Positions 47,576-57,497 of a stretch of DNA of 64,000 bases are shown here, in pieces. The stretch covers positions 64,001 through 128,000 of IMG/VR virus record IMGVR_UViG_3300028392_000034. One strand, written 5' to 3'. A model generated the notes under the pieces. That model made no database searches. It had not been told where the DNA came from and saw only the letters and a list, made by a program, of their open reading frames with translations. A program made the position numbers and the translations under genes. This DNA is from a virus. Position 1 is the first letter of the stretch, and every line of letters starts with the position of its first letter.

Positions 47576-47898
47576 TCACAATTACCGACAACGCAGTGGC
47601 AAAAATACGAGATATCATTGCCGAAGAAAACAATCCCGAACTTAAACTACGTGTATTTGTCCAAGGCGGCGGCTGCAGCGGAATGCAATACGGTTTTACC
47701 CTAGACGAAATAAAAAACGAAGATGACTGGGACTTAAACTATAACGGAGTTCAAGTGCTAGTTGATAGCATGAGCGGCGGATATCTACAAGGTGCAGAAG
47801 TAGACTACAAAGAAGACCAATACGGTGCTACTTTTAGTATCAAAAATCCCACAGCACAAACCACCTGTGGCTGCGGCAGTAGTTTTAGCCCAGGTTAA
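47572..47898 (+). CDS. erpA: Fe-S cluster insertion protein ErpA/IscA
   Basis: [23 protein letters not shown]. Confidence 0.92.
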   Translation: MITITDNAVAKIRDIIAEENNPELKLRVFVQGGGCSGMQYGFTLDEIKNEDDWDLNYNGVQVLVDSMSGGYLQGAEVDYKEDQYGATFSIKNPTAQTTCGCGSSFSPG

Positions 47899-47961
47899 AT
47901 AAAATACCCCACGTAGTCTAGAATTGGCCCTCTGCTAAATACAGCAAGAGGACAATTATCT

Positions 47962-50019
47962 ATGACCCAACAAGTTATCCAAGTAGGAGCCGAACCAAAT
48001 GACGGGCAGGGCACCCCTTTACGCAACTCTTTTATCATTACCAATGAAAATTTTACAGAACTTTATGCTCGTGCCCAGGTCTCTCCTCCTACTACTTTAG
48101 TTGGACAGATAGGTGATCAAGCCGGTTGGTATGCCTACGACAGCACGTATTTTTACTATTGCTTTGCAGATTATGATGGAACCAGTGTTATTTGGGCACA
48201 GATAAGTCAAATTGGCAATGTAACCGTTACTACCATTCAAAATGGAACCAGTAATGTAGCCATTACCAACATCAATGGTAATGTAATTACTGGAGTCAGC
48301 GGATTCTCAAATGTTGTAACGGTTGCTGCCACTGGACAATATGTTCAAGGTGTTGTTAGTGCTCTTGGCAATGTCACTGGCAGTTACATTTTAGGCAACG
48401 GTAGTCAATTAACTGGGCTTCCAGCAACTTACACCAATTCAAATGTTACCACATTGTTGGCCACATTTGGATCAAATACAATTTCGTCCACTGGTAATAT
48501 TACCAGTGGTAATCTAAGTGTAACTAATAATAGTGTTACTGTCGGCAATGTCACAGGTGGAAATTTAACCACTGGTGGGCAAGTTAGTGCCACTGGCAAC
48601 ATTGTAACAGATCAATATTTTGTTGGCAACTTTTTTGGTAACATCACCGGTAACTTTGTAGTCCCTGGCAGCAATACTCAAGTTATATTCAATACCAACG
48701 GCAATGCTGATGCCGTCGCCGGTATGACTTTTAACAGAGATTCTAACACATTTATAGTATTAGGAGTTGTAAGTAGCCAAGGTAATGTTATAAGTGGAAA
48801 CTTGACCACTGGTGGTCAAGTAAGTGCCACTGGCAATGTCAGAGGTGGCAATGTATTGACCACTGGTGTGATCAGTGCTACCGGGAATGCCACAGTTGGT
48901 AATATCAGTGCTACAAATTACACCGGAACCGCAGTCAGTGTCACGGGCAATGTAACAAGTGCTAATGTATCAACTGGCGGTGTGGTCAGCGCCACAGGTA
49001 ATGTCAGTTCTGCAGGCAATGTTTCGGGCAATTATCTTCGTGCTACCCTTGACGTCAATGCCGGCGGAAATGTATCGGCTACTGCACATACCGGAACCGC
49101 AGTCAATGTCACTGGCAACATAACAGGTGGCAATGTATTAACTGGTGGACAAGTAAGTGCTGTTGGCAACATAACTGGTAACTATTTTGTTGGTAACGGA
49201 TCTGCACTAACCGGCGTCAGCAATTATGGCGACAGCAATGTCAACACACTGCTGGCCGCGTGGGGGTCCAATACAGTATTAACCACTGGCACAATCACAG
49301 CCGGCAATGTAACAGGTGGCAATGTATTAACTGGTGGATTGGTAAGTGCTGTTGGCAACATAACTGGTGGCAACGTAGTAACAGGTGGATTGGTAAGTGC
49401 TGTTGGCAACATAACTGGTAACTATTTTGTTGGTAACGGATCTGCACTAACTGGTGTGATTGCCACTGGAATTGGCACCATTGGCTCGTTGAGTGTAACC
49501 GGCAACATAACAGCTGGCAATATAACCGTGTCAACTGGCACTGTATCAGTGGGCAGCATAACAAACAACAACAGCAACGCCGTTGGCAATATTGGTAGTT
49601 CGAGCAGCTATTTTAACACTGTGTTTGCTAAAGCCACTAGTGCTCAATATGCTGACTTGGCTGAAAATTATCTAGCTGACACAGATTACACACCAGGCAC
49701 TGTGGTTGTGTTTGGTGGCGAGCAAGAAATAACTATCAGCACCGACGTTGCTGATGAACGGGTAGCTGGTGCAATATCTACCAATCCGGCGCATTTAATG
49801 AATGCCGCCATGCCAGGATTACCAGTGGCATTGCGTGGACGAGTGCCGGTCAATGTCGTTGGGTCTGTAGTTAAGGGTGACAGTCTGGTAACCAGTTCGA
49901 CTGCAGGACATGCTCAAAGCGTTGGCCGCAGTCGTTTATATGGACAGGCTGTGTTTGCCAAGGCTCTTGAAACCAATCTTGAGGACGGCAAAAAAGTTAT
50001 TATCGCTGTTATAATTTAA
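47962..50019 (+). CDS. Tail fibre/spike protein with GNVTGGN repeats and C-terminal intramolecular-chaperone-like domain
   Basis: QQVIQVGAEPNDGQGTPLR; 17-aa repeats; SAQYADLAENY...ALRGRVP. Confidence 0.85.
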   Translation: MTQQVIQVGAEPNDGQGTPLRNSFIITNENFTELYARAQVSPPTTLVGQIGDQAGWYAYDSTYFYYCFADYDGTSVIWAQISQIGNVTVTTIQNGTSNVAITNINGNVITGVSGFSNVVTVAATGQYVQGVVSALGNVTGSYILGNGSQLTGLPATYTNSNVTTLLATFGSNTISSTGNITSGNLSVTNNSVTVGNVTGGNLTTGGQVSATGNIVTDQYFVGNFFGNITGNFVVPGSNTQVIFNTNGNADAVAGMTFNRDSNTFIVLGVVSSQGNVISGNLTTGGQVSATGNVRGGNVLTTGVISATGNATVGNISATNYTGTAVSVTGNVTSANVSTGGVVSATGNVSSAGNVSGNYLRATLDVNAGGNVSATAHTGTAVNVTGNITGGNVLTGGQVSAVGNITGNYFVGNGSALTGVSNYGDSNVNTLLAAWGSNTVLTTGTITAGNVTGGNVLTGGLVSAVGNITGGNVVTGGLVSAVGNITGNYFVGNGSALTGVIATGIGTIGSLSVTGNITAGNITVSTGTVSVGSITNNNSNAVGNIGSSSSYFNTVFAKATSAQYADLAENYLADTDYTPGTVVVFGGEQEITISTDVADERVAGAISTNPAHLMNAAMPGLPVALRGRVPVNVVGSVVKGDSLVTSSTAGHAQSVGRSRLYGQAVFAKALETNLEDGKKVIIAVII
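49153..49451 (+). repeat. Intragenic near-exact repeats in the tail fibre gene
   Basis: GTAAGTGCTGTTGGCAACATAACTGGTAACTATTTTGTTGGTAACGGATCTGCACTAAC at 49153 and 49393; partial copy at ~49342. Confidence 0.8.
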
Positions 50020-50020
50020 T

Positions 50021-52483
50021 ATGTCACAACCGGTTTGGCAAACTCCTGCTGGTAGCCTAGGGACCATACCCGAAGGAGTCTTTTACAGTCTTCCTTTATT
50101 GGCCACAGCTGACAATACTGTATATTATCAGCTAATAGCTGGTGCATTACCTCGCGGTATGCAGATTAATGAAACAGGAATTATCACCGGAGTTCCAAAC
50201 GCCCGGGCAACAATTCAAGGCGTTCCACTTGATGTGCCAGTAGACACTCTGAGTAAGTTTGCCGTAAGAGCGTATACACGAACCGGTATGGTAATCAATC
50301 GACTGGCCGACAGAACGTTTACCATTGAAGTGGCCAATACCGCGATTCCTGCATTTGTTACACCGGCAGGGCAACTGGCTCAGTTGTATGATGCCAGTTT
50401 AATTACAGATTTGCAAATACAATACACAGGCCCGGATAATACCATAGTTAAACTGATAGCAGGCAGCTTACCTCCTGGTTTAACTATCAGCACTGCCGGA
50501 TTGATATCTGGTTTAATTGGCCTTAGTAGCGCAAACACTGACTATGCGTTTACACTACAACTGACCGATGGCACAGTAAACGGAACTGTTAATAGATCAT
50601 TCAGTATATATGTATGGAGTAGAAATAGTCTTTCGGCTGACGATACATATATCACCTCAGACAACACATTTATTACTGCCGACGGAACACCTATACTTGT
50701 GCCAGTATTATTAAATACTCCCGGATCAATTGGTACTGTGCGTAGTGACAATTTCTTTGCTTATCAATTCAATGGTGTAGATTTAAATGGTGATCAATTT
50801 CAGTATTCTACTGACGCCGACATACCTGGACTGACATTAGATCCCAATTCAGGTTGGTTCTATGGAAACATTCCTCCATTGGGTATAAACAATCAAACGT
50901 ATTCTTTTAACATTTATCTGCAATTAGTTGCCTACCCTGACTACATTAGTCCTCCATATGCGTTTTCATTAACTGTAATCGGACCAGTAAGTGCTGATGT
51001 AACTTGGTTGGTTCCTGACAATCTTGGAACAATCGACAACGGTGCCACTAGCACATTTTATGTAGCGGCTGTAAATAGAAGTGGTGTAACACTACAATAT
51101 CAACTGCTGTCAGGCAGTGATAGTTTATTACCTCAAGGTTTAGAATTATTACCCTCGGGTGAAATTGCCGGGCGAGTAAGTTTTAATACTTTTGCCTTGG
51201 ACATGGGCACAACTACATTTGACAACAACACTACTACATTTGATTTGGTTTACTATTTTACAGTTACCGCTTATAGTGTTGATGGTTTAATCAGCTCTAA
51301 CAAAGTATTTTCAATTCGAGTCAACCGAGCCTATAACGAGCCTTACGACAATCTTTATATTCAGGCCATGCCACCACTCAATGATCGGGCCGTGATCAAT
51401 AGTCTGCTACAAAATAGTGATATTTTTCAACAAAACTTATTATATCGCCCAACCGATCCCAACTTTGGTGTGGCAAAAAATGTAACTTATTATCATGCGT
51501 ATGGTCTTAGTGCCGCCACATTGGATGAATATGTAGCCAGTTTAGACATTAACCACTATTGGAAAAATCTTGTGCTGGGTTCTATCGAAGTTGCACAGGC
51601 CATTGATAGTTCAGGAACGGTCATCTACGAAGTGGTCTACAGTAGAATCATTGATGACCTGGTCAACGCACAAGGCCAAAGTGTCAGTAAAGATGTCACA
51701 CTACCCTATCCTGTCACTGCCGAATTACCGTATCCTAAAAACTCAACAGTGAGTGTCAGCACAGTATATCCTAACAGTTTGATCAACATGCGAGATCAAG
51801 TTATTGATGTAGTAGGACAAATTTCAAATACATTGCCCTTGTGGATGATTTGTAAACAGGCCAATGGCCAAACTTTGGGCTTTACTCCGGCCTGGGTCAT
51901 AGCCTATGCCAATCCCGGACGCGGTGAACAATTGGCCTATTATATTGGTCAAGATTTTATTGACCAACTCAACGTGATTGACTTTGAAGTTGATCGTTAC
52001 GAATTAGACAATCTATTAACCCGGAATTGGAATAGAGCCGATCAACATTGGGGCTATTCCGACAATTCAGCGATCCCGTACCCAGCTAGCTTGACCACGT
52101 TTGACCTTATTGGATTACCTATATTCTCTTCGACTGAATCATACCAAGTTGGGCAGGTTGTGGAATATCAAACTATACGCGGCGACGTCAGAATTAATAA
52201 AATATACGAATGTATACAAGCGACTGTGCCAGGAACGTTGCCCACTGATCCTGCATATTGGAATCAAAATGGTCAAAATATCGGCAGCTGGATCAACGAC
52301 GCAGATGCAATAACCACCTGGGAAGATGACTATTTTACACTGACCAATTGGACTTATGCAACACCACCGGGTACTACGTTTGACGGCGGAAGTATGCAGT
52401 TCACTGCGCCAGTTGACATGTATTCTAACACCAATGTATACGATAAATATCTCGTATTCCCCCGACGCAATATTTTAGGATAA
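50021..52483 (+). CDS. Baseplate wedge-like structural protein with Ig/cadherin-like repeats
   Basis: Repeated W.TPAG.LG, G.LP.GL....G.I.G units; DFEVDRY; DKYLVFP. Confidence 0.7.
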   Translation: MSQPVWQTPAGSLGTIPEGVFYSLPLLATADNTVYYQLIAGALPRGMQINETGIITGVPNARATIQGVPLDVPVDTLSKFAVRAYTRTGMVINRLADRTFTIEVANTAIPAFVTPAGQLAQLYDASLITDLQIQYTGPDNTIVKLIAGSLPPGLTISTAGLISGLIGLSSANTDYAFTLQLTDGTVNGTVNRSFSIYVWSRNSLSADDTYITSDNTFITADGTPILVPVLLNTPGSIGTVRSDNFFAYQFNGVDLNGDQFQYSTDADIPGLTLDPNSGWFYGNIPPLGINNQTYSFNIYLQLVAYPDYISPPYAFSLTVIGPVSADVTWLVPDNLGTIDNGATSTFYVAAVNRSGVTLQYQLLSGSDSLLPQGLELLPSGEIAGRVSFNTFALDMGTTTFDNNTTTFDLVYYFTVTAYSVDGLISSNKVFSIRVNRAYNEPYDNLYIQAMPPLNDRAVINSLLQNSDIFQQNLLYRPTDPNFGVAKNVTYYHAYGLSAATLDEYVASLDINHYWKNLVLGSIEVAQAIDSSGTVIYEVVYSRIIDDLVNAQGQSVSKDVTLPYPVTAELPYPKNSTVSVSTVYPNSLINMRDQVIDVVGQISNTLPLWMICKQANGQTLGFTPAWVIAYANPGRGEQLAYYIGQDFIDQLNVIDFEVDRYELDNLLTRNWNRADQHWGYSDNSAIPYPASLTTFDLIGLPIFSSTESYQVGQVVEYQTIRGDVRINKIYECIQATVPGTLPTDPAYWNQNGQNIGSWINDADAITTWEDDYFTLTNWTYATPPGTTFDGGSMQFTAPVDMYSNTNVYDKYLVFPRRNILG

Positions 52484-52486
52484 AAA

Positions 52487-53542
52487 ATGACAGTTCCATT
52501 CACATTCGGCACAGAATCCAGCCCAATTCCATTAAGTCAGCTAGATGCAAATTTTGCTGCCCCAATAGCATTTGCCAACACAGCAGGCAATGTTGCCAAT
52601 GCTGCACAGCCAAATATTACCAGTGTTGGCACGTTGACTTCGTTGTCAGTCGCTGGCAATGTCACAGGTGGGAACTTGGTAACCAATGGCGCTGTATCAA
52701 TCACTGGTAATATTGCAGTAGGCAACATTGCCACCGGCGGGCGTGTCAGTGCTACAGGCAATGTTACAGGTGGTAACTTATTAACAGCTGGATCGATTAG
52801 TGCCACCGGCAATGCCACTGTTGGCAACATATCAGTCACAGGTATCTTAGGCCTTGGTTCAACTGCGTCAATTACTGGTAATGTCAATGCTGGCGGAAAC
52901 ATAACTTCCACTGGTGATATCAGCACTCAAGGTAATGTGCTGGCACAAGGTATTGTGTCAGCCACTGGTAACATTGTGACTGCTGGCAAGTTTGTGGGAG
53001 CTTTTCAGGGCAGCATTGTTGGAAACATCACAGGTGCACCTGGATCAACTTCGCAAGTTTTATTCAATACCTCTGGCAACGTTGATGCTGTTGGCGGATT
53101 GACCTATAACAAAGGATCTAATGCATTGGGTGTGCTAGGTACAATATCAGCACAGGGCAATATTACTACGGGTGGTAATTTATCAGTGGCGGCTAATGTA
53201 TCAGTTACTGGTACAACTCAATTGGTTGGAATAGCTACAGCACCAACAGCATCAACTGGCACAAACAACAATCAAGTGGCCACCGCGGCTTTTGTTAACA
53301 ATCAAATAACTGCCTTCCAAAGTGCCAGTCTGGGAACTATGTCTAGCCAAAATGCCAATGCTGTTTCAATCACCGGTGGCGCCATTGGCAATGTGTCAGC
53401 AGTTGGTTTATCTGGCGGCTGGTCTATAACTCCTAGTGGAAATACATTGTTTTTTAGTTTTAGCGGAAGTAATATTGCTAAGTTAGATTCAAGTGGCAAC
53501 TTTACCACCATCGGCAATATAACTGGATCTGGAACCTTGTAA
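52487..53542 (+). CDS. Tail fibre-like protein
   Basis: AQPNITSVGTLTSL and GNV/IT repeats; APTA...ATAAFV. Confidence 0.8.
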   Translation: MTVPFTFGTESSPIPLSQLDANFAAPIAFANTAGNVANAAQPNITSVGTLTSLSVAGNVTGGNLVTNGAVSITGNIAVGNIATGGRVSATGNVTGGNLLTAGSISATGNATVGNISVTGILGLGSTASITGNVNAGGNITSTGDISTQGNVLAQGIVSATGNIVTAGKFVGAFQGSIVGNITGAPGSTSQVLFNTSGNVDAVGGLTYNKGSNALGVLGTISAQGNITTGGNLSVAANVSVTGTTQLVGIATAPTASTGTNNNQVATAAFVNNQITAFQSASLGTMSSQNANAVSITGGAIGNVSAVGLSGGWSITPSGNTLFFSFSGSNIAKLDSSGNFTTIGNITGSGTL

Positions 53543-54480
53543 TGACTTTGCCTACTTCAGGACCTATAAGTCTCGTTGACATACAGGCAGAGTTTGGCGG
53601 CCCAACACCAATCAAGTTAGAGAATTATTATCGTGGTGGTGCCTATGTGCTAGACACTGATTATGCACCAAATGTACCAGCGTCGGGTCCTATTAGCCTT
53701 GGCGATTTTTATGGAGCTAAACGCACAGGATTAACTACTGTTAGTTTTAATAATGTGGGAAGTAATTTTATAATTCTTCCAGCAACTTTTTCTGGTAATT
53801 TGACCATTGTTACAATGACTGGTGGTGGAGGTGGTGGAGGTGGCCCAGACAGCCAGCCAGGGCGAGTAGGGTATCCTGGATTAACTATCACCGGTGGAAA
53901 TATACCTGCAAGCCCAGGAGATGTAATCAACGCCTATGTTGGAGGCGGAGGTGGCGCAGGTGGATCCGGCGGCGGCGGTGGCGGTGGGGGTGGCAAGATT
54001 ATTTGCACCAAACTATATGAACTTGGACTAATGAGCAAAGAAATATATCTTGCAGATCAAGCATTTGGTGCAGAGTTAGTTAAATCTCATCCAGATATCT
54101 ACAATGGTTATCGCGCCTGGGCTGAAATAGTAGTGGACTGGATGGACGGACGCGGACCTAAAATGATGCCTTGGATGTCAGATGAAGATTTTAGCAATGC
54201 TGCCCGGTCTTGGTCTACTCGATGGGCACAAGCTATTGCTACACCGTGGGCCGAAGAAATGGCCTATCAAATGTCAGAAAGTATGTTGCCCAACAATACA
54301 GGTAAAGCCATTATGGCCATCGGAACACCGATATGTAAAATAGTCGGTGTATGGCAACGAGTCGTTGGGCCAAGCAACAAACCAGCTGGATTTGGAAAAG
54401 GGTTGATGTTGATTCCTGTATTTGTCTTACTTAAACTTGTAGCCGAACTAGGACGATTGATTGAAGGAAAAAAACCATGA
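53542..54480 (+). CDS. Gly-rich adhesin N-terminal half fused to a GGGKIICT domain
   Basis: MTLPTSGPISL.DI..EFGG...SGPISLGDFYG; poly-Gly; KIICTKLYELG...GY. Confidence 0.75.
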   Translation: MTLPTSGPISLVDIQAEFGGPTPIKLENYYRGGAYVLDTDYAPNVPASGPISLGDFYGAKRTGLTTVSFNNVGSNFIILPATFSGNLTIVTMTGGGGGGGGPDSQPGRVGYPGLTITGGNIPASPGDVINAYVGGGGGAGGSGGGGGGGGGKIICTKLYELGLMSKEIYLADQAFGAELVKSHPDIYNGYRAWAEIVVDWMDGRGPKMMPWMSDEDFSNAARSWSTRWAQAIATPWAEEMAYQMSESMLPNNTGKAIMAIGTPICKIVGVWQRVVGPSNKPAGFGKGLMLIPVFVLLKLVAELGRLIEGKKP

Positions 54481-54677
54481 TAGATCTATTAACACAAAAT
54501 ATATTAACTTTAAACAAAACAGATCAGGCCCAAGTGTTTCGCATGTTGTCCGACAATGCTGATGTTCTGATAAAAGTGATACCAAACGCACCCTTATTGG
54601 TCAGTATCATAAGCGGTATGCCGGTTGACGATAGTCCAATTATTCAAGCCTACACCGCTTGGAAACATAGTTTGTAG
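54477..54677 (+). CDS. Small hypothetical protein
   Basis: ATGA-coupled, AAGGA SD. Confidence 0.55.
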   Translation: MIDLLTQNILTLNKTDQAQVFRMLSDNADVLIKVIPNAPLLVSIISGMPVDDSPIIQAYTAWKHSL

Positions 54678-54685
54678 GAAAAAAT

Positions 54686-55132
54686 ATGGCCATTACAGAT
54701 TATTACGGGGGGTTAGGTGGAAGTTTTGGGGGCTCTGGATATAGCGGAGGGGGTGGCGGTGGCGGTGCCGCTTCGGTAGTTTCTGTAAACACCGTAATAC
54801 TAGCTGTGGCCGGTGGTGGTGGTGGCGGGGGCGGTGGCGGGCAGTATAGTGCTGGCCTCCCCAATCAAAACACTCCGGGTAATGCTGGTACCACATATGG
54901 TGGGTATGGGCAAGGCAAAGGCAGCGGAGACGGCGCAGGTGGAGGTGGTGGAGGTGGTGGCCAATTTGGTGGTGCAGGTGGACTTGTGACCGGTGGCGAC
55001 AATGGCGCATACTCTGGAGAAAACGGCAATTGTTTAGTGCCCACCGGTGGTGTTGTATCTGCTGGATCAAATGGCGGCAGCATTAATAGTGCAGGTGCCC
55101 AAGGAATTGTAACTTTAAGTTATTATTCTTAG
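54686..55132 (+). CDS. Gly-rich adhesin C-terminal half
   Basis: GGGGGGGAASVV...LAVAGGGGGGGGGG...GAQGIVTLSY. Confidence 0.75.
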   Translation: MAITDYYGGLGGSFGGSGYSGGGGGGGAASVVSVNTVILAVAGGGGGGGGGGQYSAGLPNQNTPGNAGTTYGGYGQGKGSGDGAGGGGGGGGQFGGAGGLVTGGDNGAYSGENGNCLVPTGGVVSAGSNGGSINSAGAQGIVTLSYYS

Positions 55133-55178
55133 CCTTATTAGAGTTTGATAAATATTATAGGATAAATTAGGAATACAT

Positions 55179-56087
55179 ATGACAAGTGCAATTAACCCAA
55201 ACAACATTAACGGTGCTTACCCAGTAGCCGGGCAGGACAATAATTCGCAAGGATTCCGTGATAATTTCACAAATACCTCTACGAACTTTCAATATGCAGC
55301 TGACGAAATTTCAGATCTGCAAAGCAAAGCAGTGTTAAAAGCAGCATTAACTGGAACTACACTTGACAACGATATGTTGGGCAGTCCTTTATCCAATGCA
55401 CTATTATCTAACATGAGCGAAAATGTAGTTGTGTTAAACACAGTGAGCGGAACAACTGTTATCAACTATGCCTTGGCCAGTTATCAAACCCTAACAACCA
55501 ACGGTGCTGTAAGTCTAAGTTTTACTAATTTTCCAGCAGCTGGAGCGGCCGCATCTGTAGTGGTTCAAGTCACAGTGGCCAGCACAATTCATACACTGGT
55601 ATTGCCGGCCGCAGTCACAGTAAACAACACAGGAATACAAGGTCTTAATACTTCAACCAATACTATTTCGTTTGCTGCCACTGGTGTTTATAGTTTTGAA
55701 TTTTCAACCAGCAATGGTGGAAGTACCATTACAGTTAGAGAAGTTAACAAAGTGTTACAGCCATTCAACAACAGCAGTGAAAATTTAACCGACACTGCAA
55801 ACGTTAATGCAGCAGTAACTACCAGTTATTTCAGCACAGTCACTTCTACTACAGCTCAATTGCTTGCAGGTGTTCCTGGACAAATTAAAACTTTGGCCAT
55901 GTATTCAGCTTCGGGCAACATGAGAATCACTGTTTCCAATGCCGGATGGAAAACTTCAGGCACCGGAAATATCCTATTCACTGCAACTGGCCAGGCCTGC
56001 ACACTACAATATATCAACAGCAATGTGGCCAACATAGCTCAAAGCAAATGGTTCTGTATTGGCAACAACGGCGCCACATTTAGCTAA
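55179..56087 (+). CDS. Structural (tail/baseplate-associated) protein
   Basis: YPVAGQDNNSQGFRDNF N-terminus; Thr/Asn-rich; TAAATA upstream. Confidence 0.7.
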   Translation: MTSAINPNNINGAYPVAGQDNNSQGFRDNFTNTSTNFQYAADEISDLQSKAVLKAALTGTTLDNDMLGSPLSNALLSNMSENVVVLNTVSGTTVINYALASYQTLTTNGAVSLSFTNFPAAGAAASVVVQVTVASTIHTLVLPAAVTVNNTGIQGLNTSTNTISFAATGVYSFEFSTSNGGSTITVREVNKVLQPFNNSSENLTDTANVNAAVTTSYFSTVTSTTAQLLAGVPGQIKTLAMYSASGNMRITVSNAGWKTSGTGNILFTATGQACTLQYINSNVANIAQSKWFCIGNNGATFS

Positions 56088-56132
56088 CCAAAACTCATTG
56101 ACTTTTGTCACGAGATCATATACAATCAGTAT

Positions 56133-56354
56133 ATGGAACATCCTTTAATTGGTAGTTTGGAAGATTTTACACCCGAACAACTGCTGGAAAAAATTACCGA
56201 ACTAAGTCGCAAATTGGGCATAGCCTACAGCATGGGCAATGGCCATCTTTGCAATCAACTCAGAATGGCCATTGAAAGCCATCAAAACAAATACCAAGAA
56301 AAAATTCGCCGCAACACCGACACCAACTTTGATGGAGTAATCGACATCTCATGA
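56133..56354 (+). CDS. Hypothetical protein (leaderless)
   Basis: TTGACT-17-TACAAT ending 6 nt before the ATG. Confidence 0.7.
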   Translation: MEHPLIGSLEDFTPEQLLEKITELSRKLGIAYSMGNGHLCNQLRMAIESHQNKYQEKIRRNTDTNFDGVIDIS

Positions 56355-56962
56355 ACGTTAGACTTAAACACGACATACAATTTACCGCGGGCATATACCA
56401 TGACAATAAACTGATCATGAACAACTACACTCTTAGATTGTGGATGACCACCAACAGTGAAAATTCTGTTGACCAAAGTATTTCATTTGAACGAATTAAG
56501 TATTTTGTCTACACTCAAATCGACAATACTATTTTTATCAACAGTAACCAAAAAGCACAATGCACTCTTTTTTCCAAAGCTGGGCTCGATATTACAACCA
56601 TGCCAAATGATCCTGTTGACCAATTGGTAGGAATAATGTTATACTACAAGTTAAATGCCATTACAGAAGATCGTATGATTATTATGGAAACTGAAATATC
56701 CAGCACATACGGTGCTAATATGACGTATCTACATTCTGATTTTGAAAACACTTCTGGATTCAAACAACCCGACTGGTGGACTAGTCCCGACTTAGCTCAC
56801 AGTGATTTTGTGCTCGCTAATAAATCTGAAAAAGTATTATCTATACCAACCAGCACAGATTGGAGAGAGTTGGAATTGGCCTGGTCCGACGAACCTGCAG
56901 CAAACTCTCCAGGAAATGTTGTAGTGTTTGCAGATTTTAAACAGCCCAATGAAACAAAATAA
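56351..56962 (+). CDS. Hypothetical protein
   Basis: 203 aa, ATGA-coupled. Confidence 0.7.
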   Translation: MNVRLKHDIQFTAGIYHDNKLIMNNYTLRLWMTTNSENSVDQSISFERIKYFVYTQIDNTIFINSNQKAQCTLFSKAGLDITTMPNDPVDQLVGIMLYYKLNAITEDRMIIMETEISSTYGANMTYLHSDFENTSGFKQPDWWTSPDLAHSDFVLANKSEKVLSIPTSTDWRELELAWSDEPAANSPGNVVVFADFKQPNETK

Positions 56963-57470
56963 ATTCGGTGAACTAGTATTTTCAGAAGATGACATTTGTG
57001 ACTTGTTGATGCAAGGGCGCACTGTCGATTCTTTACAACGCATGACAGTTGATGAAACGGTTGATCTTGAAAATTTAGTCGGGCTGATTGAAAAGCCAGA
57101 ATCATTGTTTCGTTGGAGCTTCCCTCATAACAGCGACATAGCAGTTCCAGAGTTTCATTTGACACAACAAAATAGTTGGCACATGCCTGCGGAATATAAG
57201 CAGTTGGATATTGCAGAACATATACTTGGACTTTGTAAATCTGAAGCTGAACTACAGCGATGCGGGGAAGAATTATTGCTATTCCAAGAACGCAATCTGT
57301 TTGACCTGTTACGATATTTAAAATATCTAGTGGATGTTATGACCATTAATTGTGTCATTTGGGGAGTAGGACGTGGATCGAGTGTGGCCAGTTATGTTTT
57401 ATACAAATTGGGCGTTCATCGAATTGACAGCCTATTCTATAATTTAGACTGCCGTGAATTTCTGCGTTAA
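56949..57470 (+). CDS. dnaE: DNA polymerase III alpha subunit-like fragment
   Basis: R..EEL......L......Y.VD......WGVGRGSSVASYVLY.LG.H.ID. Confidence 0.8.
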   Translation: MKQNKFGELVFSEDDICDLLMQGRTVDSLQRMTVDETVDLENLVGLIEKPESLFRWSFPHNSDIAVPEFHLTQQNSWHMPAEYKQLDIAEHILGLCKSEAELQRCGEELLLFQERNLFDLLRYLKYLVDVMTINCVIWGVGRGSSVASYVLYKLGVHRIDSLFYNLDCREFLR

Positions 57471-57497
57471 ATACAGGTATATGCTAAGGAAATCAAA

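Noticed and set aside
47962-55132. Diversity-generating retroelement acting on the fibre genes
   Set aside because: No reverse transcriptase and no TR/VR pair with adenine-specific mismatches; the repeats are in-frame duplications.
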